Shown here piece by piece: positions 36,523 to 49,579 of a DNA stretch of 64,000 nucleotides. Within the stretch, counting starts at the first letter, position 1, and the number at the start of each line of letters is the position of its first letter. Position numbers and translations under genes: made by a program. The notes beneath the pieces were generated by a model that saw only the letters and a list, made by a program, of their open reading frames with translations, made no database searches and was not told where the DNA came from. Source of the stretch: Spizellomyces punctatus DAOM BR117 (Eukaryota); the NCBI GenBank assembly GCA_000182565.2, contig KQ257464.1; one strand, given 5' to 3'.

Positions 36523-39500
36523 ATGTTTGGCATCCCCAAGAGACCGTTTGCTCGTAAGTCGTAAGCGCGAAGCCCATCTATTTTGAATCGGACGGCTTTG
36601 AACAAATCTGATAATTATTTCCTTCGCTAGCCCCCGCCGATACTCCTGGTCCTGGTGCATATGACGTACAGTCGAGCCTTTTAAACGGGGACAAGCACAA
36701 ACACTATGGCTTTCTAAATAAGGCAGAGCGGTTTAAGGCCCTTAAAGCAGGTGGCTAATATAATGATCTCCTTGGATTTGTCAGTTTTTGACTTGCCACA
36801 CCTGCAGAGGAGCAACTCGAACAAGATGAAGACGGCACCGTTGATCTATCATTTGTAAAGCCGGCCGTGCCTACCCGAGTTTCTAGAGTTAATGGAGAGG
36901 ATCCGCAAAAGTTGAGAAAAGAGGTACTTTTTGCGTCTGGAAGTAGTATGGCGCCCTTCCATTACATCTTTCTTTCTTCCTGGTTCCTTGACAGATCGAA
37001 AAATGGCAAGATCAATATTATCGGCAAGTGGCCATCAATGACAAGCAACGGCAGGAGCTAGAGGAGCGTATCGCCCGCACTGATGCTCAACTGCAGAACT
37101 CTGTTAAGGAGAAGAACGCGTTGCAATCTCTCAGCACTGCCAAAGATAAAGAATTGGCAGATTTGCTTCGAAAACATGCACTACTAAAGCAAAGTGTACG
37201 TAGGGATCATTGGTTGTTTCATCATGGCAGTGTGAGCTAACGTGAAATGCATCCACAATTTCCAGTTAGAGAAGTCCGAAAAGCAATCCTTTGCACAGCA
37301 GGACCGAGCCTCGAAGGCGGTCGCACTGCAAAAGAAAATTGAGGACCTTCAAAAGCAGAATGATCGGCTTAATGAGAGGCTCAAACCCCTCTCTTTAGCA
37401 GACAGACAATATGCGAAAGAAAAAGAATCTTTCAGCAGGCAATTGCAAGAATCGAGAGAGCTAATAAAAAGCGCTGTTCAGGAGAAAGAAGAAGCTCTCT
37501 CAGTGCAGCACGATCTTGAAATGCGTCTTCAGGACTTTGAGGCACAGCAGCACAAACTTATGCAAGAAGCTCAAATCGCCCAAAATGCAGCATCAGAAGA
37601 GTACCAGAAGATCAAAAAGACCTTGCTGATGATGACGGACGAACTCAGAGCTGCTCAGCTGGAGCTTCAGCAAACTAAAAGCGCGAGGGATGAATCCCTC
37701 AAGAAAACACGGCAGATCACTGAAAAGAATGCGGAATTGGAAGTTGCCAACCGGGACGCTATCACTAGCCATCATGCTCAGCAAGAGGCTTACCTTGTGC
37801 GGATAACTGAATTAGAGGGTAAACTGGAGGAGCAACGGAAGCTCTCATCGCAACAGGAGCAGTTCCTCACAGCCACCATTGCTGACTTGGAAGGGAAAGA
37901 AGAACATCACCGGCTGCAACTGGAGATGGCAGAGTCCGCCGTCATGAAATTGAAGAGTGACCTAAGCCGTAGTCAGAGCGAGCGCGACAACGAAAGAGAG
38001 AATATGGAATCGATTATGGCTTCTCTTAAAAAGTCGTATCAAGATCTAAATACCACTTATCAACAGTTGATGGTAGAAAACCACGAGGAGATTTCTCGTT
38101 ACCAGAAATCGGTCAATACTTTGAAGAAGGAGCTGCAAGAGCAAGCGGAGGAACGCGCTCGAATCCAACTCACCTTGGATCGTTCCACAGGGACAATTCA
38201 GGACCTCCAAACTGAAATGGGGAGATTGCATGGGAGACTGCAGGATACTGATGCAGAATTCGCGGATCTCAAAACTGAGCATATGAGAACTCTCTCCAAG
38301 CAGCAAGAGCGCCAAGCTATTATAGATGAGCTGAAGTCCACTATTGACAGAGTTGAAAAGCAGCTCCGCGACAAAGAGAGAGACATGCAGTTGATGGAGG
38401 CAGAATTACGCCGGCATCAGAGCGATCTGGAACACCTTACAGATAATATTGATGGGAAAGAAGCGGATTTGTCGCAAACGCAGACACAGCTGCATGACAT
38501 GCGTAACGCTAATCTCGAGCTGAAAAAACAGTTGGAGCAAGCGGATGTCCGCATTGCAACATTTGCGGCTAAAATTGAAGAACAGGAGAGGGACGCGCGA
38601 GACAATGAACGCCGATCTACGGAGCTCCAGAATATGAATGCTGATTTACGGAAAGACATTGCATTCGCTAAGGAGGAAATAGACATGCTAAAAGAGCATG
38701 TCAGCGGTACTACTGGTGAATTGGAAGTCCTCAGGATGGAGCTCCGGAATCGGGAGTCCGAAGTCGAGGAGCTTGTTTCAATAAAAAATGCGATGGGTGA
38801 TGAATTGTCGGAATTGAGGGAGTCCTTGTCACAGGCAGAGAAGCAAAGCAAAGCAGACATCGCTGCTCTCAGTAATGATGTCAAGACTCGTGATGCAACC
38901 ATCATCAACCTGCAGGATCAGCTTCGGGACTTGACCGATGCCGCATCTCGAGACCAGGAAACAATACAAGACTTGCGGGAAATGGTCAGATCAAAGACGG
39001 AAGAGATCATGACCGGCACCGCTTCATACCAAGCGATCCTTGAGCAGGAACGTATCGCCGCTGCGGAACAACAGGAAAGAGCAGAGAGAAAGATCGGCAG
39101 TTTGATGGACAATATATCGTCTCTTAAAGCTGAACTCCAATGTACCACGAGTGAGCTGACGACGGTCCAAGAGCTACTCTCTGACACTCAAACCACACTT
39201 ACGCAGAGATCTGCTACCTTGGGCGAAAGAGAGACGCATATCGAGGAGCTCGTGCGGCAGCTGCAGACTGACAAAGAGGAGGCGAACGAGGAAAGACGAC
39301 AACACGCGCAGTTGTTGGATAGTCTTAGGAAGCAAAGGGAAGCAGAAGGGGAACGCTGGCAAGCGCAGGCTGCGGAAATGTCGACAACGCTAACAGAACG
39401 TGAAGAGACCATCCGGCGGTTGGAACACGACCATCGGCTCCTACAGCAGGACTTGGAGAAAGAGCGCGATGCCCATGCACGAGAGGCAAAAGAGCTTATA

Positions 39501-41851
39501 GATGAGCGCGACAATTTGAGGAGCGAACTCGAGATGGAGATAGCCAGCTTGCAAAAGGCATTGGAGGAAGCGAACAGGGAATCGCTGCAATTGAAAACAA
39601 TTATGCAAGAGCTTCGCGCTGCCCATTCTGCCGAGATCGGTCGTATCAAATCCGAAATGAAAGCTCAGGAAGCAAGCTTTGCAGAGAAGATGGATGAGAC
39701 GCGCACCATTCACGAGGCTGAGCGTGCCAAATTGAAAGGAGAGCTTTTGGACACCACTAATGCGTTGGTGAAACTAAATGCAGTGCTGGAGGACGAGCAA
39801 AGCAAATCCGCTTCTGTCATAAACAGCCTGAAAATGGACTTGGCAAACCAAGCAAGCGAGCACGACCGGGAATCGGAGCAGATGAAGAAGAAACATGACG
39901 AGGACTTGAAGTTGGCATCCGCCTCCCTTGCCAAATTGCAGCAGGAATTGGAGGAACAGCGCGCTGCATCGTCCAGTGATATCGCGTGTCTAACCGCCAA
40001 AGTGGAAGCCCAACAGTTGGAACTGGAAAGAAAACTTCGTGAGGCCGAGGTACAATACGACGCGTGCAAAGCAGCTTTGGAAAAAGAGTTGGACGCTGAA
40101 AAGGCACTGGTCGCTCAGTTGAAGGAAGATCTCGGGAAGGAGCAAGAAGCCCGTCTTGATGAGAGTCAGCGTAAGACAAGAGAGATTGAAGCACTAAAAA
40201 GCGAACATGACTGTATTCTGCAGCGGACGCACGAGAACCACGAGCTGGCTCTAAAGAAAGTTCAAGAGCAGGCGGATGAATCAGTCAGTAACTTGACAGC
40301 CGCGTTGGAAGAGCAGAGCAACAACCATGACGCAGAAAAACAGCATTTAAGAAATGACTTTGAAGCAAAGCTGCAGGGCATCCAAATGGGACATATGACC
40401 GACGTGGCGCGTCTTACATCCGAGATAGCCACACTTAGCGAAGCAAAGCGAGCGGCGGAGACTGAAACACAGCTCATGAGGGTTAAAGTAAAAGATATTG
40501 AAGAGCGCTTGCAGGAAGGCACTACAAGAATTGAGGAACTGGAGAAGAGTTTGGAGCAACGACGCACTGAGGTCGATCGCGAGCGAGAAGCGAAGCAGGA
40601 AGCTGAAAGCCGATCCGCTGAAATTGCGAAAGAGCTGGAAATGGAGCGGAATACTCGGGGAGCGGCCATCAGAAATAGCCTAAAGGAAGTGGCCGCCCTA
40701 AAGGCTGAGTTGACCGAAACCCGAAATGCACTCTCTGTTACAGAACTGAAGAAAGCCAACGAGTTGTCTACCAAAGATGTTCAATTGCGGAAATTGCAAA
40801 ATGATTTGAGATCAAGGATAAACGAGATCAGCGAGATTAAGAACCAAGCAAAATCAGCTGTAGCGAGCGCAAAGAAGGACGCGGAAAAGGCCCGGGAAGA
40901 ACTCAGTAAGGTGGTTGAGGAAAGACACAGATGGACGGACATGGAAAAGGAACTAAGAGAAGTCGAAAAGGCGAGGGAGAGAGAGAATTTGGAGCTTACA
41001 GAAAGACTGAAAGACATGGAAGAGGTGCTCGGCAACGTAACTGAGCAGAATGACAGGTACGGGAAGGCAAGGACGTGGCAGTGGGGATGTCTCATCTTGG
41101 CACATGTGATGCAGTTGATAGCAGGCTGGTACATGTATACCGTCTGGTTGGATATGGTTTTTGGCGAGGAACTAGCTGTTACTTGAACCAAAAAGCAATG
41201 TGCTTATTCATCTGCTCGTGGACACATGCTTGTGATGTGTTGATTATTGTGACCTAATCATACCTGCGCCACATCATCCACGACAGGCTCAAAGTACTCC
41301 TTGAAGATGAGGAGCGTCGGCGTAACGAGATGGAGGCAAGTCATCAGTCTCAATTGGACCTCCTGAAAACGCGCGGACAGTTGAAGGAAAACGAAGTGAA
41401 GAAACTTGGGGAGCTCAACGCGGAGTTGTTTGGCCATGCGAACACGAAGCAGAAGATTAGACATGTCGCTCAATTGAAAGAGGAGAACGTGAAATTGAAA
41501 ACGGTAGGTGATCGGCCGGAGTTTGAAGCGACCTGCAAATCTCTAGACAATTGTCCGCATTTCCAGGACAATGTATCCTTATCACGACGTTGTGAGGATA
41601 TGAAGCGTAAAATCATGAACTTGGAGCGAGAGGTAGAATCCTTTAGAGCGATTGGTGCAGTTGGTGGCGGTGGCCACCCACGTAAACTGTCGCGCGTCGG
41701 CCGGTCTGTGTTGGCCAAGCGCCAAGATCCAGAAACATTGGGGAACTTCACGCTAGCTGGCGAGAGTATCGAAGAGACGGAAGAGGATATTGGCGAGAAC
41801 AAGGAAAATACTGTAAATTTCGCTAGTGGGGGAATCAGTTTCGTTGTATAG
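36523..41851 (+). CDS. HMMR: HMMR/RHAMM-like microtubule-associated coiled-coil protein
   Basis: Spliced N-terminus MFGIPKRPFAPPADTPGPGAYDV...FLNKAERFK (HMMR N-terminal motif); >1200 aa coiled coil; C-terminal LFGHANTKQKIRHVAQLKEEN (HMMR/KIF15 C-terminal domain). Confidence 0.75.
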
Positions 41852-42016
41852 GAGCAAGTGGAAATTGGGGTGTAGCTGCGTCTTCCATTGGTTTTGTATT
41901 TAGAGTGTTTTGTTTTAATTATCCAATAAACTCTGGGCCTGCGGGTTGTCGAAATGTAATAGACTATTGGAACTAAAAACAAAAGCGAGGTTAGGATCGC
42001 GAGGGCGGGCTTGCCG

Positions 42017-42055
42017 TTACGTAATGAAATGACTCAACTGTCGCTTAGCAACAGT
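42017..42055. promoter_or_regulatory. Cluster of TTACGTAA, ATGACTCA and X-box-like ACTGTCGCTTAGCAACAGT upstream of MRPL36
   Basis: Three palindromic or near-palindromic sites within 40 nt, 60-100 nt upstream of the ATG. Confidence 0.45.
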
Positions 42056-42117
42056 CGATCAACCTTCGTCTCCTTCCACTCTGTTCCCGCTACTCTTGAA
42101 TATCGAATCCTGTCAAT

Positions 42118-42543
42118 ATGCTGTCCAGACAAGGCCGAATTCCGCATGCGATATCGCAACAAACAAGGAACACTCTACTCTACCGGGGCATGGCGTCTTT
42201 GAAAAAGATCCCACTCACACGACCAACAGGCGTGAACCCACCGCTATTTCACCAAACGATTGTCCATTCCGACGGCAGCACGTTCACTCTTCGCACCACT
42301 TCCCCCCGACCTCTCCTCAAATTGACAAAAGATGCCCGTAATCATCCCCTTTGGAATCCTGCCTTGAATGTTCTGGATGATCAAAGCGGGGAGTTGGCCA
42401 AGTTCGAGAGGCGTTTCGGGGAGGTGGCTGATCTGGGCGATTTGGCAGAGTATGAGGTTGTTGAGGCTGCGCCGAAGAAGACAAAGAAAGTGGTCGAGGC
42501 AGAGCCAGTACAGGCTGCAAAGAAGGGAAAGAAGAAGAAATAG
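42118..42543 (+). CDS. MRPL36: Mitochondrial ribosomal protein bL31m
   Basis: Arg-rich presequence-like start; QTIVHSDGSTFTLRTTSP...KLTKDARNHPLWNP motif typical of fungal bL31m; intronless. Confidence 0.8.
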   Translation: MLSRQGRIPHAISQQTRNTLLYRGMASLKKIPLTRPTGVNPPLFHQTIVHSDGSTFTLRTTSPRPLLKLTKDARNHPLWNPALNVLDDQSGELAKFERRFGEVADLGDLAEYEVVEAAPKKTKKVVEAEPVQAAKKGKKKK

Positions 42544-42744
42544 CGCGTGTTGCACCATCGAGCAGACTGTATTTGTTCCATACCGATATATTTAGACGGT
42601 TGTATATCAACACTCAGAGATACATAAATTATCAATACAAACAATGTGGGGAGCGCCTTTGTCATAATCTGAAACTTAGCGTCTTGTCGGAATGATGTAC
42701 CATTAGTTGCTTTGCCCGTGGGTGCTCCCAATCGTTCAAATCCT

Positions 42745-44619
42745 TCAAAATCCAAAATCATTCATAATAGCAAGCAGATCGTCTGCAAAATCTTTTGGTG
42801 TCGCGGATTTGGAGTCCTCCCCTTCCTTCTTCGGCGGTGAATTCGCCGTTGAGTTACTGTCCACTTCGGACTCAGGCTGGAGATTCAATTGTTCAGCTAC
42901 ACTGGGTACAGCGCTTTGCGGCTCTTTTGCTAACGGTCCTATGGTAGTTTTTGTGAAGTCCACTTCGGATGTAGGCTGAGCCCCAGCGGTTTCCACTGCA
43001 GCCGACTCAGATTCTTGCTCGTTCGCTGGCACGGTGGTTGATTCAGAGGTCATTCCGGACGCTGGCCGGGGTTCTGCAGGCTCCGCCGCAGATGCAGCGA
43101 TAGACTCCGATTGCTCCTGCCCCTGGACAATTTCAGACTGTGCAACATCCTCAGAGACAGGTAACTTCAAGTGTCGCCTTATTTCCCTGGTTTTTGCCTA
43201 AGACGCTAGTCGGTACATTGGGTCAGATAAAGCGAAACATAAACTTTTGTTACCTGGATATCTGCCATCACAGACGCAGTCTTGGCGGTGGAGGCTTCCA
43301 CTTTTGCTTTAATGGTGTCCTGGTGCTATCAGCGGTACCCAAGACGTATGAGTGATTCTGGTGAAGACTTTAATGATGACTGGCTTGGTCTTACCTGCCA
43401 AACACCATGGGTAATGTCGTTTAATTTTGCTTCGCTCAGCGATACATCAGTTTTGGTGACTGGGCACAGAAAATTAATATCTCTTTCCATCTGAAGGGCC
43501 AGTGCTCATAATAGTCAGTATGCTAACCTGGTTGGGCACCCAGTCCCACCACCTGCTTCTCCAGCGCCATGATTCTACGCATCAACAATTCGATCGCGGC
43601 ATGGAGATCAAGATGTTCTCGCTTTCGCGCCTCAGCTTCTTCAGTAAGCTTACGAAACTCTTCCGCAAAATTTGGATCGTCTAATACTTCGATCAGTATA
43701 GTGACCAGCATCATCCGCCTGGTTAATCATTTACCTGTGAACTTTGCTACGCCGAAATGGGCACGACGTCTGTATTTCGTCAATAGCTGCTCCTTCTCTT
43801 TCTAATGGTCAGAAATAGTGGGGATCGTGAGCAGCTTATATGCAGCTACGTCGCCGGCCAGGCATACCTGAAGAGACTCGCACAGGTGTTTCAACTCTAG
43901 AAGTTCGCGCTTCTGTGGATCGGTTTCCAGAGCAAGTTTTGCAGATAGTGAGTCGTCCGTTGAAGACATGGGACTTTGGGTCAGATTGGGAGCGGACTTG
44001 GAGCTTAAGACACAGGTCAGAAAAGAGGACCTCAAGCAACAGGCATGCATTGACAATTTCATACAGGTCTTTGGCGTCCTTTTTCGGGATACGGGCCCCC
44101 ATTGGTGACGGCGGTCTCCTGGCCGCATCGAATAAGTGACCCAAGCTTGCTGATATCGGTCTTTCGCTATCGACTATAATTTTTGGTGAAGGGGTCGTCC
44201 TCGTCATATTGGCAGACGCAATACGAGGAGGCGGTGGCAAAGGAGAGTGATTTGTAGACCGAGCGGAATGCATCTCTGACCTGATACATAGGAGATGATG
44301 TTAACTAACTATCCGCAACCACGTTAATGTAGAAACCACACCTGCTCGCCAAACTTTGCAAGCTCCTCACAGAAGCTTGCGATGCGTTTTTCTTTTCAAA
44401 ATCCGGAGATCCCAAACCGACCATCGGAGAAGGATGGACAAGGGCCGATTCGGTGAGTGATGTGGCTTCTGGTGCGCTTACGGGATTATCTTCACTCCGT
44501 GCTGTGGAAATTGTGAGCTTTTCATAGTTGACTGGTTTACGACGTGGTTTAACGTTGCTGGTCATGGCTGGGCTTGCAAAATTTGACGGTCCCAGCGGTT
44601 TTGCAACTGAAATAGACAT
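42745..44619 (-). CDS. Hypothetical multi-exon protein: Ser/Pro-rich N-terminus, central coiled coil, acidic C-terminus
   Basis: Track ORFs 44305-44619, 43836-44273, 43523-43714 and 42745-43170 link through GT-AG introns; start codon uncertain (an upstream exon is possible). Confidence 0.65.
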
Positions 44620-45046
44620 CTAATGACAGAATATACGGGTAAATGAGCCTAGAGTTGAAGTCTCACAGGCAGGAACTGCCAGAAGCGATCAGAGTACACG
44701 GCAACGAGCAGTTTCTACAGAACAAGTGCGATCAATCTTTTTAAAGCACCAAAAACATGTGATGGATAAAGTAGGCCCCCGTTGGGCTAACTTTGAGGGA
44801 CGGCTATCGCTGGGGATGTTTGTCCATGACGCCTGGTTTTCGCAAATATCCAAAATATAGCAAGTCGAACCCAAGGCGGGCCAAATTGTTAGCTTACCAA
44901 AGCATACTCTCCTGGACATCGCGAGAGTGGCACAGGTATAAGGTGGCACTGTCACTTAAGTAGTGGCATAGTTGAATTTTTTTTGACGAAATGCATAATA
45001 GAACTTCAAGTCCTTTCAATGCTTTCGCTAGCGCACACTTACAGAC

Positions 45047-47436
45047 ATGGGGAAGCGTAGCCGGGCAGAATTTCTTGCCTCCAATCTCCCTCAACTTCAG
45101 AACTTGATAAAGCGGGACCCACCATCGTATCAAGACGAGTTTCTGCAACAATGGCGGCACTACGAGAGCGAGCTGGCCATTTTTCGCCTGAAACCGGACT
45201 CGGAAGCAAAGGAATTCGGAGAGCTTATTACCTTCATTAGCCACGTAGCGCAATGTTATACCCATCACTGTTCCCAATTCCCGCAGCAGATTATTGACCT
45301 ACTCTCCAATAACTACCAAATCCTGGAACCTGATCTCCGCAAAACTATGGTGCAAGCACTGGTCCTATTGCGGAATAAGGACCTGATATCAACAACAAGT
45401 TTACTGTCGCTGTTCTTCACCCTATTTCGTGCCAAAGACAAGCAATTACGGTCGCTACTTCACTCTCACATTGTCAACGACATCAAGAACGCGAATGCCA
45501 AATCGAAGAATAACAAATTGAACAAGACGCTACAAAACTTCATGTACACCATGTTGAAGGATTCGAATGAAATTGCGGCGAAGAAATCTTTGGAAGTAAT
45601 GATTGACTTGTACAGAAAGAATGTGTGGAACGACGCGAAGACTGTGAACGTTATTGCCGAGGCATGCTTTTCGCCAGTTTCCAAAATTGTGGCGCCCGCC
45701 TTGCATTTCTTCTTGGGCTCAAACGACACAAAAGATGATGAACAGGATTCTGACGGGGATGTGCCTGACATATCCGCGCTATCTCATACGTTGAGCATAA
45801 ATAAGAAAAAGAAATCTAGAAAGAACGCAATGGAGAAGGCGATGGCGACCGTGAAACGTAAACAAAGGGCAAAAGCAAAAGCGGAAACGTTCAACTTCTC
45901 AGCACTTCATCTATTGAACGATCCCCAAGGCTTTGCTGAGAAATTGTTTTCCCGGCTCAAGCATACAACTTCGACGAACGCCTTCCGCTTTGAACTACGC
46001 CTCCAAATGATGAACCTAGTGTCGCGTCTCATCGGCGTGCATAAGCTGATTCTCTTTGGGTTCTACGAGTATATCATCTCCTTCTTGAAGCCGCATCAAC
46101 GAGAAGTCACCGCAATTTTGGCTTACGCAGCGCAAAGCTCCCACGAACTTGTCCCCCCTGATGCCATTACTCCGGTCGTTCAAGCTATAGCCGATAATTT
46201 CATATGGAACAACGTATCATCGGAGGTGGTTACGGCTGGTCTAAATGGACTGCGGGAAGTTTGTGCCCGCTGTCCCTTAGCCATGTCCGAGACACTGTTG
46301 CAGAGTTTGATAGAGGATTACAAAAATACTCGAGAGAAGGGGCCAATGAACGCTGTGCGATCTCTGCTCGGGCTCTACAGGGAAATCAACCCGGAAATGT
46401 TACGTAAGAAAGACAGAGGAAAGGCGGCGGTGGTGAACCTAAAAGACTTCAAAGCTCCCAAATACGGCGAAGTCCATGTTGCAGATGGCATTGAGGGTGC
46501 AGAATTTTTGCACTCTAGAAGTAACGGTGAAGCTGGCTTGGAGCAGGATGCTCAATTGAATGAGGATGAGGAAGAATCGCTGGATAACGAAAGCGCAGAT
46601 GAGGAAGAAGAAGAAGAGGAAGTGCAAGGCGAAGATGGTTGGGAAGGGTGGGAAGAGGCGTCTATGGACGGTAGTGAGGACGAGGGTAGTGACGAAGATG
46701 AAGACGAGGATGAGGACGAGAACGAGGGCGAGAACGAGGAGGAGAATGGGGATGAGGCGATCAAGCAAGCAGCCGCTGAAGAGAAAGACTTGCAAGCGGA
46801 TGAGGGGCAGGTCGCTATAGAAAACGGAGATATCCCGTCACCCCCGAAAAGAAAAAAGCTCGGGGTTGCAACTGAAAAGGTTGGTCCTGATCTTTATGTG
46901 TTCATACTTGTCGATATTCAACTTAACCCCCACTCTCAACCTAGATTTTTACGGACGAAGATTTCCGCAAACTGAGGAAGATTCAGCAGCTGAAGGCTGC
47001 CCAACGGTTAGCTGGCCTCAAGCCGTCTGAGGTGGAGGAAGAGCTGGATTTAGCCTCTGATGAAGACAATCTCGAACAGGACGAGGACAAGTACGTTTGA
47101 TTAGCATCTTTGGACCCATTGCTTCCATATTTACCTGCGTCTCTCTGTTTTAGGGACGTTGTGGACGTGTCTCGCATCATGCGCGGTATTAAGCGCAAGG
47201 ACGACTACGAAGCACGATTGGCATCCATCAAAGAAGGTCGAGAAGGAAATGAGTACAAATCCAAGAAAGGCAAAGAGGAGCGGAGCAGCTTAACCAACCG
47301 AGAGAAGTCAAAGAAAAACAAGGCGTTTATGATGATGGTACATAAGAAAAGTGTCAAGGGGAAAGCAAAAAGATCGTTGCGAGAAAAGCAAAAAGTATTA
47401 CGGGCGCACATCAAGAAGCAAAAGATGAAAAAGTAA
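45047..47436 (+). CDS. SDA1: 60S ribosome biogenesis protein SDA1
   Basis: NLPQLQNLIKRDPPSYQDEF; IDLYRKNVWNDAKTVN; NFSALHLLNDPQGFAEKLF; LRKKDRGK; acidic tract; SLTNREKSKKNKAFMM. Confidence 0.97.
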
Positions 47437-47678
47437 TGAGCTAGATATTGCGTATAGTTGATTCGCTCATTATCCTATATACGTTTTTGTACATATTCTT
47501 TGTTATGTATATTTAAATTAGAATACAGATCTAGCCTTTTGCGCAGTGGAAAATCAAAGCCCTTTGAGGCTTGGCTCGCTGGTTTCAGACGCAAGCCACA
47601 ACTCCTTTGCGGAGCTACGGAGCAAATGGTAGACTTTTGAGATCTACACCTTGCGCGCCGTCACAAAAACTAGTCAAC

Positions 47679-49124
47679 ATGGCAGGCGGTCCACTTCACG
47701 AGTTGGGAATACTTTTGAAGAAGATCGGCTTCAAAAGGATAAAGAAGGTGCCCCTGTTGTTCAAATTCCCCGGAATATGCATTCAGCCTGACTTTGTCTC
47801 GTCAGTTCCTTCAAAAGTTGTTTCATGACCAAGCGACTCAAGCACCGCCAACCCAGCAGCAACAACAGCAGCAACCACAGCAGCAGTATTACCAGCAACC
47901 CTACCCAGCACCCGACACGAGATGGAATCAGAGTCAACCGCTCGCACCAGTTCCTCAGCCACAGCAAGGACAGCCGCCGGTGAGCGGCGCTTGGAGTCAC
48001 GGTCCTCCGCATATAGCAGCCCCACCCCAGCAACAGCATGCGGCGCCCGCATCACAACTCCCAACTTACCCGGCGAGCAGCCAGGCGGTAGCCGTCCCAC
48101 AACCTACGCCTCAGGAGCTGACCAATCTTGCTGACGCTGTCGCAAGGCTGTGGGAACTGGATGCCAATCGGCTGGAGCCGGGAAGAGATTTTAGCCTCAA
48201 TCTACAGAATGCGACCAAAGTCTACGCTCAAGGTAAATTGATGATCAGGAACGCTGATAATAGCGAGCATTACTAAGTGTGTGGTGGTAGTGGACGCTAG
48301 CCCCGCGCCCCTCTTTGCCAACGTCTCACCTGAAATCTTGCGCCGATTTCCAACATATGTGCTGTTTATGGCCTTGCTTGACAACTACCATGCACAGAAT
48401 GGAATTGCCGAAAAGGTGACGGCAGAGGAGATTAAGGAGCAAAACGCGTTCATTGAAGAGCTGCTGAAGACGGCTCCCATACAATATTGCCACCGTTATT
48501 TGGCGGCAAAAGCGCTTGCACCAGCAAATTTGGGAGAATTTAAGCAGCTGTTAAAGCGCATATGGTTTGATGTAAGGATCAACAGGTATGAAATTCAACA
48601 ACCTTGAACCGCGGATCTAATGGATCCTTACTTCCATAGTTGTATAAGCGCCAGGTCGCTAATGATTCATCAGCATTTGAACACACGTTTGTGGGTGAAA
48701 TGAAGGCAGAGCAGGGTGTTGTCGGTTTTCACAACTGGATTCAGTTTTTCTTGGAGGAACGCAAGAGAACCGTGGATTATCGAGGTTACATCCTCCCCCG
48801 ACGAAGGAATGGTGGAGGTCAGTCGCCAGAGCACTCGCACGTTTTGAGTTTCCAGTTCAGCTGGCACGGCGAGGTGAAGCCAGTTTCTACCTTTTTCATT
48901 GGAACAAGGTAGGCGCATTTTCATCTTTGTAATGGTTATGATCGGCTAAAGGGTGTTGCTTTATCAGTCCCGAGTTCGAGATTGCCCTCTACACCCTTAT
49001 ATTCTTAACAGGACAAGAGGACAACGTTGTTTACATTGAGGATACTGAAGTGAACATTAAATGCCATAAATTTCAGTCTGCGCGCGGACTACGTCTTGGA
49101 TCTTGCTACCCTGTATCTGGGTAG
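47679..49124 (+). CDS. ENDOU: EndoU/XendoU-family uridylate-specific endoribonuclease
   Basis: LWELDANRL; ALLDNY; DSSAFEHTFVGE (His), VGFHNWIQF (His), VKPVSTFFIGTSPEFEIALYT (Lys), C-terminal LGSCYP; 4 introns. Confidence 0.93.
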
Positions 49125-49579
49125 TTTCTGATTGCACAAATTAGCTGAATTCCTAATAGTTTTAGACTCGTAGTATTTTCTATAGATTATCACTCTTGTT
49201 GGGGATACAATTTTGGAAAATAACGTTAGGGTTAGACTTTGCAGCCAAGATGAGCACTAGTTGATCTCCTCGTCGGGCTTTGAATCTTTTGATACATTTG
49301 GCATCGACATTCAAATCACCAGATTTCCACCGAGATGCAAGCAGAACCTGCGATGAAAACCCCGGCAATCAAGTCGTGCCGTTGCAAAGCCAAACGACTC
49401 CAAATAAGCATCCGCAACACACAAATTTTGCGTTGAGTGACGAACGCGAAATTAGTAGGATTGGGGAGGTGAATAACGGGGGGAGGGTTGATAAAAAGGC
49501 CAGTAGGGAAGGAATCTGATTTCGAGCTGCTTTCTTGCTTGAACTGGTTTGTGGGAATTCCCGTATGTCTGTTTGAGAC

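Noticed and set aside
37593-41191. Many antisense ORFs over HMMR (likewise over CEP290 and SDA1)
   Set aside because: Ser/Leu/Phe-rich shadows of Glu/Lys/Gln-rich coiled-coil codons.
44915-44990. PAC/RRPE-like motifs upstream of SDA1
   Set aside because: Only partial matches (GACATCGC, TGAATTTTTTTT); too degenerate.
46560-46760. GAG/GAC/GAA-rich repeat-like tract
   Set aside because: Encodes the normal acidic region of SDA1; not an independent repeat.
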